From assembly GCA_015680685.1 (NCBI GenBank), contig MNCI01002384.1:982734-1046733 (forward strand): a DNA stretch of 64,000 nucleotides, in the 5' to 3' direction. The stretch is from Gnetum montanum. Lineage: Eukaryota > Plantae > Gnetophyta. The notes beneath the pieces were generated by a model. It saw only the letters and a list, made by a program, of their open reading frames with translations. It had not been told where the DNA came from and did no database searches. Positions 38,800 to 51,984 of this stretch are shown here, one piece after another. Position 1 is the first letter of the stretch, and the number at the start of each line of letters is the position of its first letter. The position numbers and the translations under genes are program-made.

Positions 38800-41700
38800 G
38801 ATGGCTATCTTCCCCATGACTGAGTTCGAGGGGGAAGATCCTAAAAATGTCATGAGCATATTCTTCCATTGACATGTTGTTATTGGTCTTATGTTGAATA
38901 GTATGTGCTTAGTTGGGCTTGTTACATGGTAAATCTTCATGACCCTAAAATGAAAGGTTGAATGTACAATAAGGTAGTTCCCATAAATTCTAAAATTTAG
39001 TTCATTGAGGTAAATGAGTGAGATTCCAATAGAGAACCTTATTTCTTAATTAAAATTGAACTCTTCTTATTCTAGCAGCATGTCATTGCTTACTATATTC
39101 CTTGTTCACTTTGTTCATCATGAGGGCTACTCTTTGATTCTCATATAGTATATTGAGTGTTATTAATCATTTTTTCTATTCTAAGTTAATGTCAAGGTCA
39201 CATGTAGTTGTGAGTCTATGAAGCTCAATTTGAATTGAAAGTTTAGGTAACCTTTCATACAATAGCTCATAGGGAGAGTAGCATATAGAAAGTTTCTAGG
39301 TTAGGTGGTAGGCTCATAGGGCATTATTGAATTTCATGTTCTAGTCCTTCCTATATCTACTAATGGTTCTTATTATAATTCTAGTGATATCCCTATTGGA
39401 AACTTTAGCTTGACCATTGACTTGGGGATGATAGGTGTTATGAGTTTTTTCTCCATCCCCAAGCATTACATTAACTTTTAAAAAGTTGCATCTGTGAAGT
39501 AAGTTCCATTATAAAAAATTAGTATATTAGGAATACAAAATCTATTTACCCCCTATTATTGAAAAACTTGAATTGTAGTAGAGGAAGTATAGTTGGTAAT
39601 GACTACAACTCGATTCATTTAGTATACTAGTCAATAACAATAATGATGTAAGGCTTTCTATTAGACATTGACATAATGTATACATCATGATATGGAATGG
39701 CTTGGACTATTTAGGTGCTTGTAGAATTGATATTTCTATAAGATTTTTTCTTTAAAAGTTAGGATGCTCACTTGCATCTCTTAGTCCAATTGAATGTTAT
39801 GTCCTTCTTAGTAAGCTCCATCGGCAACTTGATAATTCTGAGAAATTTTCAATGATGTGCCTATAGTAATTTCTTTGTCTATGGAATGACCTAATATCTT
39901 TGACTGTTTGGGTTATCTAGTGAATCTTTAGATGGCCCTAATATTTTCAAGATTTACATTAATGCCTTTTTTCAGGATTTAGTGCCCAAGTATAATGCTC
40001 TCCTCGACCATCAAGTGGCTCTTTTGCTAGTTGAGCTTCAGGTTGGTTTCTACACATCACTTTATTACATGCAATAGATGGTTTAATGCTTGTTCAAAAT
40101 TAGCAGTATAGGTGGAGAATTTATTCATAAAGACTTCTCCACCGCTACCAATTTTCTACTGAAAGATGTTGAGGAGAAGGTGTTGGAAGGCTACAGGAGT
40201 GTGACATAGACAAAAAGATACCTAGGGATTTATGAATGTTGTTTTGACATGGTATTCTAGAGAAATTTGAATTTGATTATAGCCACTATATCGATCAAGA
40301 AAATTATAATACTTATGCCCTACAATGGTATGTAGCACATGATTCACAAATGGTAGGGAAAAATGATCTTTAAAAGTAGTCATGTTTTACAGTTTGAAAT
40401 CTATTTAGACCCTCCATTCTTATTTTTTCTTTGGTACAATGATAAGTGAGCTTAGCCACTCATTATCTATCATAGGATAGATGAATCTAGTCTTGAGGAG
40501 ATTTTCTACCTTTTTTTTAATGACTTGCTTTAATTTTGGGTTCAAACTTCTTTGTGGTAGTCTTTTGGGATTGATAATAGAAATTGTATAGATTTGGTGC
40601 TAGCATATGCATCAATCTATCTCTATTTTCTCATCATATGACTAAGCAAAGGTTGTTGGCCATTTGTTAACTACATTCAATAGCTTCTCTTTCTATTCCT
40701 TGCGAGACAAGCATTAATAATTACTAGTTTTTCATTGCTTAGAAACACATATTCTAAAGAATTTGGTAATATTTTAGGTTCTAAAGGCTCTAGCTTAGAG
40801 GTTTTTGTAGCTTCAAAATCTTGCCAATTTACCTCTTATTTACTTCTATTTTCTAGATGTGAGAGTTAGTATCTAATTTTTGACATCTCATTCATCTTTT
40901 TTATGTATGAACTTATGAGGATATTTTGTGGTTCTATGTACATTATGGAAGTGGAACTATTATTTATGGTTGTTGTGTCTAGGTACCTTTAGACACTTGA
41001 TGATTTGACACATGTCTTGCATGTTTGGATAGTTCTACTAATGATAATTCATATCTTCTACATCTAGTTGCATTCTATGTCACTCTACACAATGTGTGGA
41101 ATCCTCTTTTCTCTATCTTGGTAAATTCATTTTCCTTGGAGAGTTTCAAGAAGAGTTCTATGATTTTAAAATTGATATCAATTTTACTTCAATAAGTTTT
41201 CCTCATGATGACTAGGAAGTCCCTTATGTAATTGTTCACATGGATCACCATGAAATCAGCTAGATATGACTACTCATTAATATTAGTCATAATATCTTCT
41301 ACCAATTCTAATAGAATGATAATGGATTGGTTTGCAAGCTATAATTTGATATTACATTTCTTATGCTGGGGTAGGTTTGATGCTTTATACATCTCTTGAA
41401 AAATCAAATTTACTTTAGAACTTGGGCCTAATAGAGCCTTGCATGGCTCATTATCTACAATTTATAAATAGATTAAGGAGATTTTAAGATTATTTTTGTT
41501 TATGAAAAGGTGATTAGAATCTATAATCACATGTGTTAGCATGATAGTTTTGGCATTTTGGGTTCTTTGATTTAAAGATGGCTTGGTAGGCATTCCTTGG
41601 GTAGTTTGAGTGGATTTTGTAGTCACAAATACCTTATTTGTTAGGCTAGAACAATGACCTCATTTGAGGTTTATACTTGGAATCAATTGAATTATGTTTC
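38800..41700 (-). pseudogene. pol: Athila-like pol of element D (PR, RT, partial RH, integrase), heavily decayed with internal deletions
   Basis: Reverse-strand motifs TFKDHFSLPFVNHVL, FLDRYSGYNQIQI and YHPQVNGQAKVSNRDI; collinear with the pol of B. Confidence 0.8.
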
Positions 41701-41785
41701 ACTTGCATATTCATGAATCTAGTGACATCTTGTTATTGAGGATATGGAGGTATTTTGCCTTGCATAGGTGGTGTAAGTGGCAAAG

Positions 41786-42616
41786 TGATGAGGAGCTCCC
41801 ATGGATTTCACAATCCAAGCTCCTTCAATGTTACAACAATAATAAATTTGAACAAGAAAAAAATGGAAGCTTTATTTTTATTTAAATGGAGAAATTATAG
41901 CTAAAAGGAAGCACAAATTCCCAAGGGTAGAAAAGAGATTCAATCCAACTCTCACACACTCAATCAAAGTAATCACACACACCCAAGGATGATCATCAAG
42001 GCACATTGCCAAGACTCTATCTCTCTTTACTCTTCTCTTAGCTTCCTAGACTCTCTTCAAACTCTCTTTAGAATCTCTTCAAACTCTCTTTCTTTCTTTA
42101 GAATCTCTTGATTAAATTGAAGGTTGAAGAGATCTATTTATACATTTTCTTCCTTGTCTCTTCATCTTCCATCCAATTTATCATTGAATTTAATCTTCAT
42201 TAAAATTCATGGAAGATTTCTTTGAGAAACAAGAGATGTCACTCTCGAGTGCATAGGTTGTAGAGTAGACGTCTTCAAATCATGTGGGATGTCTCAATAG
42301 ATGCGTCTATAGTGTAGATGAGATGTCTCACTTGCAAATGAAACATCTCCATTGCAGATGAGATGTCTTCTATGTATTTCCAAAACACAAAGATGCTTGT
42401 TTCAAGGCCTTGAGCCTCCAGACACCTTCAAAAAAGTCCTCATAGCCCCCAGAACACCCTAAAGTCATCAAAATATGTCCAAGCCACTCCAAAACATGTC
42501 AAAATACCCTAAGATCATCATAAAAAAATAACACTAAAATAAAAACAAAACAACACACAAACATCTATGCATAAACATATTGAGCTATAGACATGGGCTA
42601 GGTGATGTCCTCATCA
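41786..42616 (-). mobile_element. Solo LTR (831 bp), CRM-like (centromeric retrotransposon clade)
   Basis: 9-bp terminal inverted repeat TGATGAGGA...TCCTCATCA and a perfect TSD CAAAG (41781-41785, 42617-42621). The minus strand begins TGATGAGGACATC, as I recall for CRM LTRs. TATA complement atttatac near 42136. Confidence 0.8.
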
Positions 42617-42998
42617 CAAAGATGTGAAGGCATGTGGTGCATAGTGTTATGAGTAGTATGGAGTATATGTGAAGGGAGGCACAGTTTGTGGAGTGGTAGG
42701 TCTATGATATCTAGAAGGATAGTAATGATGGAAAGATATATGGATAGTAGAGCCACTTGGTAACATTGGTTGTTGGACATAGTACCCATAAAGATTTGTT
42801 CATAAGTAAGGGTATTGTTGCCTTGGTTGTAGCATCCTCCATGGCTATGAGTTTTGTCATTATTGTTAATAGTCATGAGGTTGAGGTGGCATCCCACTTG
42901 GATAGTATTATTATTGGTATAACTATTACCTTTAGTTACTTTGTAGGTAAGGCAACCTTCTAGGTATTTTCTTTTAACAAATTTTAGGTTATATACAT

Positions 42999-43818
42999 TG
43001 ATGAGTGGTGAGGTATACCTACACTCAACCATACAAATACTAGTGTACATGTACGATCTAGTCAAATTCCAAGGAGTAGGTGCTTATGTGCCTTTGTGGA
43101 ATAAGGATGGGTTGATCAATCATTGTCTTCCCAAGCTTACTTGTATAGCACGATTTTATGGTTAAGTAAACTTGAGGTACATGATTTTTTATAGTTTTTT
43201 ATGTTTTTATGTCCTGGTGCTACAAAGGGAGGAGAGAGATAACTAACTAATTTAATTTAACTACTCAACTATGCTTTAACTAGTCCTAACACCAGCATCC
43301 ATTCTCACTTTTCGTACACATCCTGAACCAGTGCAACACTACTGGGGTTACCAAATGCTAATTGTTACTGGGTTACCAAGCATTACATGCATGCTTGAAG
43401 TGGTCGTATTGAGTGTGCTTACTTAGGAGAGTTGTAGGATGAGAGAGAGAACATTAATTAACTAAGGAAAGCATTAAGTAATAGTAATTAACATTAATTA
43501 ATCTATTTTGAATGCTACAAGGTTTATCACAAAGTTCTTCTTTATTGCCGTACATAAGGTGTGCTCAGGTACACACTGCTCAAATAAAGATTTGTTCACT
43601 TTATGACTCCTACTGCAGGCACTCAGAAATAATTCTATCTTTGGAAAAGGAAAAAGGAAAGAGTTTGGGTAAGGGACTAACAATAATTGCCAAAACCAAG
43701 TGGGCCTACCTCTTATTTATAGGCAATGAGGCAGGTCTTGATATCGGATGCTTGATATTGCATGGAAGGCTCTGATATCATAGATGTGATATTGTGGTCC
43801 TGATATCGTAGTTCATCA
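42999..43818 (-). repeat. 3' LTR of element B
   Basis: TGATGA...TCATCA termini; direct repeat of 51985-52809. Confidence 0.93.
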
Positions 43819-45809
43819 TACCCCCATGACTAAATGAAAACTCATCCTTGAGTTCCTTACAAAATATTAGAAAGGTATGGGATTATTGGCTAAATGACAC
43901 TGACAGTGAAATGGGATGGCAGACTCAAAGTGCCTGTGAACAGATCTAAAAGCATATTACAACATTGGTGTTCATGCCCATTGTGGTGAATACCGTACAT
44001 AAATGACATCCAGACTCTTATTTGATAGCTTGAAGAGAGAGAAAAGAAAATGAGACATATTGCTGCTAATGTTGAGATTGCATATTTCATTGTTTATCCA
44101 TAGCCATGTGAACAAACTTGTTCCTTTCATAAATTCTCTAGCTCTAGTCCATCATGAGTGCTCCCTCCTAGCCCAATCCATTGTTCATATGATCACCATC
44201 TTCACACACAACATAGTCACGAATTAGCAAGGATAGATAAGCCATCATGAAGTTGATACCTTACCTCAATATGAAGCACATTGGCTAGGTTGTGGGTATG
44301 GAAGATTGGGTTAGAGGTTTATTACTTGTGACTACCTAAGGTGTAGGGGTGAAACAAGTAGTAAAATGGAAAAGTTTGAAAAAATTTGTGATAGGGCTCC
44401 CATGACTAAGAGCGAACCTCTGGTAGCAATAAGATGGAAAAAATAGAAGGAACAAGAAATATGGGAAAAATAACAATGATGATGCCAATAAAATGGATGT
44501 CATGGATGGGGATGACATGAGAAATTGTTAATTGAAAAAAATGTTTAAGAAAAATAATTTAAAAATTGCACCATAAAGGAATGTCAATGGGTCCTCACCA
44601 AAGTAGGCTCATGTCTTTTATGCCCTGACAAACCCACAAACCAAAGAGTCCATATGCTCTAGGAATGACACATGGAACAAGGGTTAAAAGTTTACCCACA
44701 AGAATTTACTAAGGAAAAAAAAATGCATCAACCAAAATATAGACTAATCATAAAATTGGCAATGAGGTGAAAAATGGAAAGAAAGATGGAGAGGAGAAGA
44801 TGGAATGGAATCCCAAGAGTAAGGCTGTGTAGAGTCCCTTGTGTATTTTATGGTTAAGGTGACTACGTAAAAACTCATTCCAAATTTGGACTCAAAACAA
44901 CTACATCCAATGACCTTGCATCAATACACTTGATCAATCCATCCTTTTAAAGCAACAAGAATGCTTCCCCAAGGATTCATCACCATTCCAAGGAAAGTGA
45001 GATGGAGAAGTAGGAAGTGAGAAAGGGCCTTAGTTAGAAAGAACCTTCAGGCATGGGTAACATGTCTTTCTAGTGCCATAACTAGTGCTTGTAGCCCCAT
45101 ATTTCTTTATTATGTCTAAGGGGTGTGCTTTGAATTCCCAGATTTTTTTGCGTGAGAACCACACCATGTAAAGACTTATTATTTATTTATTTTTTCACTC
45201 AGCTTCCTGATAGTAGGTCAATGTTAGAATGGCAGAAAACCCATAAAAAGCATCCAAGTACCTAAGAGAATAGCCAACACAAGTGCGTCAAATCCCCTTG
45301 AAGTCACACCCTTTTCAACCATTGAGTCCTTCCTTGGTTTGAAGCATATGAAGCCACCAATTCATTGAAAAGTTTATTTAGGAAAAGGAATAATACAATT
45401 CCAAGCCAAGGGAGACCATAAAGTTGAATTGGTGAATGGACAATGTGGACTCATTGCCTGTTTTATCAAAAGAACCATATCTTAGTATCGACATTGAAAA
45501 TCAAAGGCAAAAACCAAAAATTAGCAACCAACATCATTATAATACAATTCACCATCATGAGAACTTATTGTAAGACAAATAAAAGTAATTTAGATGAAGA
45601 AATAGTAAAAATATGAATGATGGTGTAAAATAAAAAATAAGTAAAATTGAAAAATGTGCAAAACAAAAATGTGTAAAAAAATTGCAAAAGGAACTAAGGG
45701 CTTTGAATGATTAACATTGGTGGCCGTCTCCCCCATCACTGAGGTGGCAGGAGGCAATCTAAAATAGGAAGGAAGGTTGTCCACCAATAGAGGTAGCATT
45801 GGTATTGGC

Positions 45810-48800
45810 TATCCTAGGCTCATGGAAAGGTTTGGTTTGTTGGACGTTGACCAATAGTTTCTTGTCCAAGTTCTCAGATTTGTAAATCATCATGGCCCTT
45901 GAAGGAAAAGTTGCATGAATGACATAAGGTCCTTCCCACAGAATTTGAAATTTGGTTCATTGTGGCATATGTTTGGGATTCTAGTAGAGAACCTTATCTC
46001 CTAGTTGATATTTAAGTTTTCTAATCCTTAGGTCATGATGTTGTTTATTGAAGGCCTTGTGCAATTCATTAAATGACGAGGTGGCTAATCAGTTCTCATC
46101 TAGTAAGTTAAGGATAATTAACCGTTCTTTTTGTTGTAGATCAAGGTCAAGGTTGAGATCACATGTCATAGATAGTGTATGGAGTTCTGCTTGAATGGAA
46201 AGTGTTGGAAGCTTTCCGTACACTAACTCATAGGGAGAGTAGCGTATAGGGAGTTTCCATGTGGAGTGGTATGCCCAAAGAGCATTGTTTATTTTGGTGC
46301 TCCAATCTCGCCTATACTTGCTAATAGTTCTTGTCAATATTTTGATAATCTTCTTATTGGTGACTTCGGCTTGACCATTCACTTGAGGGTGGTATGGTGT
46401 AGTCAGTTTGTGTTCAACCCCTAAGCATTGCATCAACTTCCAAAACATTGCACCTCTAAAATGTGTGTCATTGTTAGAAATAAGTGCACAAGGCATGCCA
46501 AACCTATTTACGATTTGTTGTTGAACAAATCGTGAAGCTATAGATGATGTACAATCCTTAACAGTGGCTGCTTCTACTCATTTTGTAAAGTAGTCAATGA
46601 CAACAATGATGTAGGATTTTCCATTGGACATTAGTGTAATAGGCCCCATAAAATCAATTCCCCATATGTTAAAGGGTTCTAAAGGTTGAATCAATTGTTG
46701 TGAACTCTCCATTTTAGCAGTCATTCCCCCATCATGTTGATAGTGCTCAAAAGATTGGACAAAATGATGGACATCCCAAAAGAATGTAGGCCAATAATAT
46801 TCTGCAAGTAGGATTTTAATGGTTGTTTGTCTCCCAACATAATGACCCCCACAAGGACCCTCATGAGCATCTTGGAGAACTCACAGTTTATTTATATTGG
46901 GGACACACCATCAAACCAATCCATCAGGACATGCTTTATAAAGTTTCCTATTGATTTCCATAAAATACTTGGCTCGATGAAGATACTATTATTTCTTTTT
47001 AGCATCGAACTCTTGTGGTGTTTGTTATGTAAGGAGATAGATGAGAATACTACTATACCAGTTTGTCTCTGTAGTCAATTGATTAGTTACTACACCTGCA
47101 AAGAGAATTTCATCAAGGAAATGATCAAAAATTTGATACTCATCCCCTTTGTTGTTCCATCGCAACGAGATAAATGATCAGCAACTATGTTCTCAATGCC
47201 TTTACAATCAATCATTGTAAGATCGAACTCCTGTAAGATTACAAGCCATCGTATAATGCGAGGGCTCACTGTTGGTTTATTTATTAGGAACTATATTGCA
47301 CTATGATCTGTATGTACAAATACCTTATAACTCAATACATAGTGCCTAAATTTTCCTAGTGCAAACACTACAACAATTAACTCTTTCTCTATTGTAGTGT
47401 AGTTAAGTTGTGCACCAGAAATACTGCTACTTGCATAGTGGATGTAATAAGGACATTTTTGGCCATCTAACTATGTAAGTACAACTCCTAAAGCATAGTT
47501 GGATGTGTCAGTCATTATGTGGAATGGTCTGGACCAATCAGGAGCTTATAGAATGGGTGTTTCGACGAGCTTTTGTCTTAAAGTTTGGAAAGCTAATTTG
47601 CATTCCTTGGTCCATTCGAAAGGTACATCCTTTTTCTTTTGTTCAACTAATGGTTTTGTAACCTTTGAAAAGTTCTTAATAAAGCATCTGTAATAGCCAG
47701 TGTGTCCAAGGAATGACCAAATATCTTTTACAGTTTTTGATTGCCAAGTAATTCCTTAGATAACTTTGATCTTTTCAAGATCTACCTCTATCCCTATTTG
47801 CGAAATCTTATGCCCTAATATTATGCCTTCTTGGATCATTAAATGGATTTTTTGCTAGTTGAGGCTTAAGTTGGTTTCTACACATTGTTTTAGTACTTGC
47901 TCTAATTGGTCCACGACTTGATTAAAGTTCTCGCTCTGTAGGTGGAGAAGTCATTCATAAAGACCCCCACACTGTTTCCTATCTACTGCTAGAATATGCT
48001 TAGAACTAATCGTTGAAACATTGTAGGGGCATTGCACAAGCCAAACAACATTTTTTTGTATGCAAATGTTCCCCAAGGACTGGAGAACATAGTCTTGGCT
48101 TGGTCTTTTAGGGCTATTTGTATTTGGTTGTACCCACTGTACCCATCTAGAAAACTATAGTAGCGATGCCTTGCAATGGTGTCTAAGACTTGATCGACGA
48201 ATGGTAATGGAAAGTGGTGTTTGAATGTTGCCATAATTAGTAGCCTAAAATTGATGCACATCCTCCATTTACCTTCCTTTTTGGGCACAATAACTAAGGG
48301 ACTAACCCATTCACTATCAGCAATGGGGTATATGAATCCAGCTTTTAGAAGCTATTTGATTTCTTCCTTAACCACTTTCTTAAGCTTTGGATTAAGTCGC
48401 CTCTGCTGTTGTCTTCGAGACTTCATGGAGGGGTTGGTGTAAATTCTATGTTGGCATATCCTAGGATCTATTATTGTTAATTTGGGATATGACCAAATAA
48501 AGGCTTTTGATGATTTATTTATTACCTTCATCAGTCTCTCTTTTTGTTGAGGAGTAATCTTAGCGTTAAGAATTATCAGTTTTCCATTCTTGAGAAATGT
48601 GTATTCCATATCGGTGGACAATGGTTTTAACTCAAGGGGCTCACTTAAACTTATCAAGGATTTACAACTTTCCCCAGTTGATATTTTCAAGGTCAAGACT
48701 TGGAAGTTGGCAATGGACTTGCTCTAATGTGTCTATGCTATCAATGTAAGCACAAGTCAAACCCTCAGTTGGTTCCATGCATATAGTTGAACTACTCTCT

Positions 48801-51800
48801 TGATCAGCTATCAACCACTGGGTGCCTTCTTGTCATGTGGCTATTACATACAATAACCTTTGTATATTAATCACTTGTGCACATGGATTGCATGCGGGAA
48901 ATGTTAAACGTTGTACAAACCATGACTTTTGCACACAATTACACCCTGTGTCATTGTATGCCATGAACGTAACTTTCTTCTTTTCGATCTTTCTAAACAT
49001 ATTTTCATTTGATATTTCCAAGAAAAGATCATAGATTCCTAGGCATGCATCTATTGTGCTTAGCCATGCTCTTCCCATTATGATTGGGAAGTCCCCCTTA
49101 CCGTTGTTGACATGAATCACTAGGAAATTGGCTAGATACAACCATCCAGAAACAGTGGTGATAATGTCCTCCACTAGTTCTAATGGCACAATGATGGACT
49201 ACATGGCTTATTCCTAGTAATCTATAGATATATAAGAGGACTCCCATGATCAGAGAATTTCCTAGGAAGATGGACAGCTTTTATCCAATAGGTGACGACA
49301 TGAGTTAACATGACTGTATGTGTCAGGTGCGGTGGTTGGTCTAAATGGAGTTCTAAAGTTTTGATTAGTAATGAGATGTCTAAAGGATTAGCCACTTGTG
49401 GTTGCAAGGACTTAGTCAGACTGTTAGTTCTAAAGAAAGGTATATTCTTCATGTGATTGTTAGGACCAATAGTAGATTGAGGGTTAACAACCCTCATAGT
49501 GTTACGTTGTTGCGGCTAGGTATGGAGCTCACCTTGTATAGCTAGAGCAAGTGGTAATGGAGATATGGGTGGAAGAGATGCAGTTGGATGAGAAGGATGG
49601 TATGTTTGTAGAACATCATCCCTAGGAGAAGGAGTCCTATAATACTCATGGGCTTGGTAGTGAGGTTGAGGAGTAATGTGACTAGTAGAGCCACATGGAG
49701 AGATTGGATGCTACACATAATATCCATACAGGTTAGGTTGACAGTAAGGATACTGTTGCCATGGTGGTGGCATTCCCCATGATTGTGGGTGCTACCATTG
49801 TTGATACTACTTAGTTGGTTGTGATGGAGTTTCACTTGGATAATACGTTAAGGGTTGGTGGAACTATCTTGGATTACCTTGAGGATAAGGTAACCTTTGG
49901 GATGTTTGCCTTTTGTTTAATCATGGATTGAGTGCACACACCCTAAACTCTTGTAGATGTGAGATTACAGGGCAACATCCCTTAGGATGGTCATAGTGGC
50001 ATATCTTGCATCCACTATCATTATTTTTATTTGAATCCACAACCTCTTTGATGATGGAAACTTTGCCCTTACCTTTGTTACGTGCATATTCAAGTTCTCT
50101 CTTTTTTCTCTTTTTGCGATCACTACCTTACTCTCTAAACTCCTCTACTATTTTGAGAATGGTTTGAAATCTATTATCTAGGGAGTCCTAGATTTGGTCT
50201 ACCTTTGCTGATACTTCCAATGCCAACTTTTGTATTGGCAAAGTTTTCTTATTCACCATCTCTTTGAGTGGTGAATCTTCTTCATCATCACAAAATCTTA
50301 CTCCCTTCTTTCGAAGGGAAGGATCTCTATTATATTCCTTTTCACTCTCTCTTTTCCTTAGCTCACCTTCCTCTTTAGCAACTTGCTCCAATAATCTTTA
50401 TAGTTGATGGGCCCTAGGCTCGGATAGTCTTCCTTGGCATAAGTCCCAAGGGTTCTTTGTGTTTCATGCCTAAGCCCATCTACGAGATGGCATAGTTGAT
50501 CTCTCTACGAATAACCATGGCTAGGAAAATGATGTAACAGTGCATAATATTGGACCCTGGTAGCATCTAAAGGTTCATGTCCTCCTTGTTTTCACCCTTG
50601 GATTTTCTTTCGCAAGTTGGACACTCAGGAGTACATTTGGTACTTATCCTTGAACAATTCTAACATGGTACTCCACCTACAAATGGATTCTGGTTCTAAG
50701 GACCGGTACCAACTTCCCACTTCTTTGACTAGTGTTCATGGGAACAACTTTAGTGTTTTCCATTCATTTTCTATGTTCTGTAAGGCACATGCATCATGAA
50801 ATGTTTGTAGATGATTTTGAGGGTCAGTGTTGTATCCCATTTCAAATCATGGGATATTATTCATGTCTAATCTCTTGATCCTACTATATTTTTGGTGCCT
50901 TATTGGAACTCTAACAGCCTCAGTTATGTTTAGCATACTTCAAGTAGTGAGTAGGGGTTCACCGTGGTCATACTATCTATGGTATCTATGATGCTTATAT
51001 TGTTCCCTACCCTCCCTTCTTTTGTGTTGTGATTCTCTAGAATGCCCTCATCCCCTTTCTCAACTATTTTATCTGTGATCTCTATTTTGCTTACTATTAT
51101 CCTCATGATCTTTTTCCTTATGACTATGTCTAGATCCTGAAGGAGAGGTTGAAGGAGATGATGAAGGTAAAGAAGAAGGAGGACCATCACCATGATGATG
51201 CCTACTTCCTTCTCTTTAATGGTTGTAGCCTTGATCATGGTTACGATCAGAATGTCCATCTTTGTCATGTGTTCGTGTTCCTTTTTTAGACCCTTTGTGT
51301 CTATTGGTACCATAATCTAGGTTATGGATAGTTGAGTGAAGATTACAATGCATAACCCCTTGACTAAAGTCAATGGGAGAAATATCATTGTATGGAAGAC
51401 TTCCTGAGGAAGGTTCACCATCCTCATTTTCACTTATGACATATGGGACATTCTGAGACAACTTTCCCTTCATAGATTCATGACGTCTCTCCTATTATAG
51501 ATCTCTTTGATGTTGTGTCTCCATGGGTCGATACTCTCTTGAGCCATGATCATGCACAGTGTACTTTGCCTGTAAGTGTTGCATACCAATTTGTGTGAGA
51601 TCACGAAGGAGCATGCCTAGGATTGAGCGATTAGGAGGTAACACTATCTTACCTTCTAAATCACGCCAACGCAGTTGTTCATCCTGATGGAGGATAAAGG
51701 TAAATTTTGGTACATATTCATCAAGATGAACATACACCACACAAAATTGTTGAGGGACTGGCAGATTATCATGTGTACTACACCTTCGATTATTCCTTGT

Positions 51801-51845
51801 ATTGGACCTAGGTGTTGAAACACTCTCATAAGAAGAAGGAGACAT
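45810..51845 (-). pseudogene. gag-pol of element B
   Basis: Retrotransposon-gag domain (DPQNHLQTF...LKLFP*TL...WYRSL), RT (KKEGKWRMCINFR...HFPLPFVDQVLD...FLDGYSGYNQI), RH, and integrase ([14 protein letters not shown]...[24 protein letters not shown]). Many stops. Confidence 0.92.
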
Positions 51846-51965
51846 AATTGTCTATTTAGTGTGCAATACTCTTCATTTCACTATTTGTAAGATAACCAAC
51901 CCTAAGGGTTTGTTCCAATGATGAGAAATATTTTCTAAGTTCTAATTAGCATACAACCAAAAAAT

Positions 51966-51983
51966 TCCTTGGCAACGGTGCCA
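51966..51983 (-). other. Primer binding site, tRNA-Asp type
   Basis: The reverse complement is tggcaccgttgccaagga, versus the canonical Athila PBS tggcgccgttgccgggga (3 G>A differences), 1 nt from the LTR end. Confidence 0.85.
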
Positions 51984-51984
51984 A

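Noticed and set aside
42598-43065. 155-aa minus-strand ORF
   Set aside because: It spans three elements (B LTR end, D gag remnant, solo LTR end), so it is a chance open frame.
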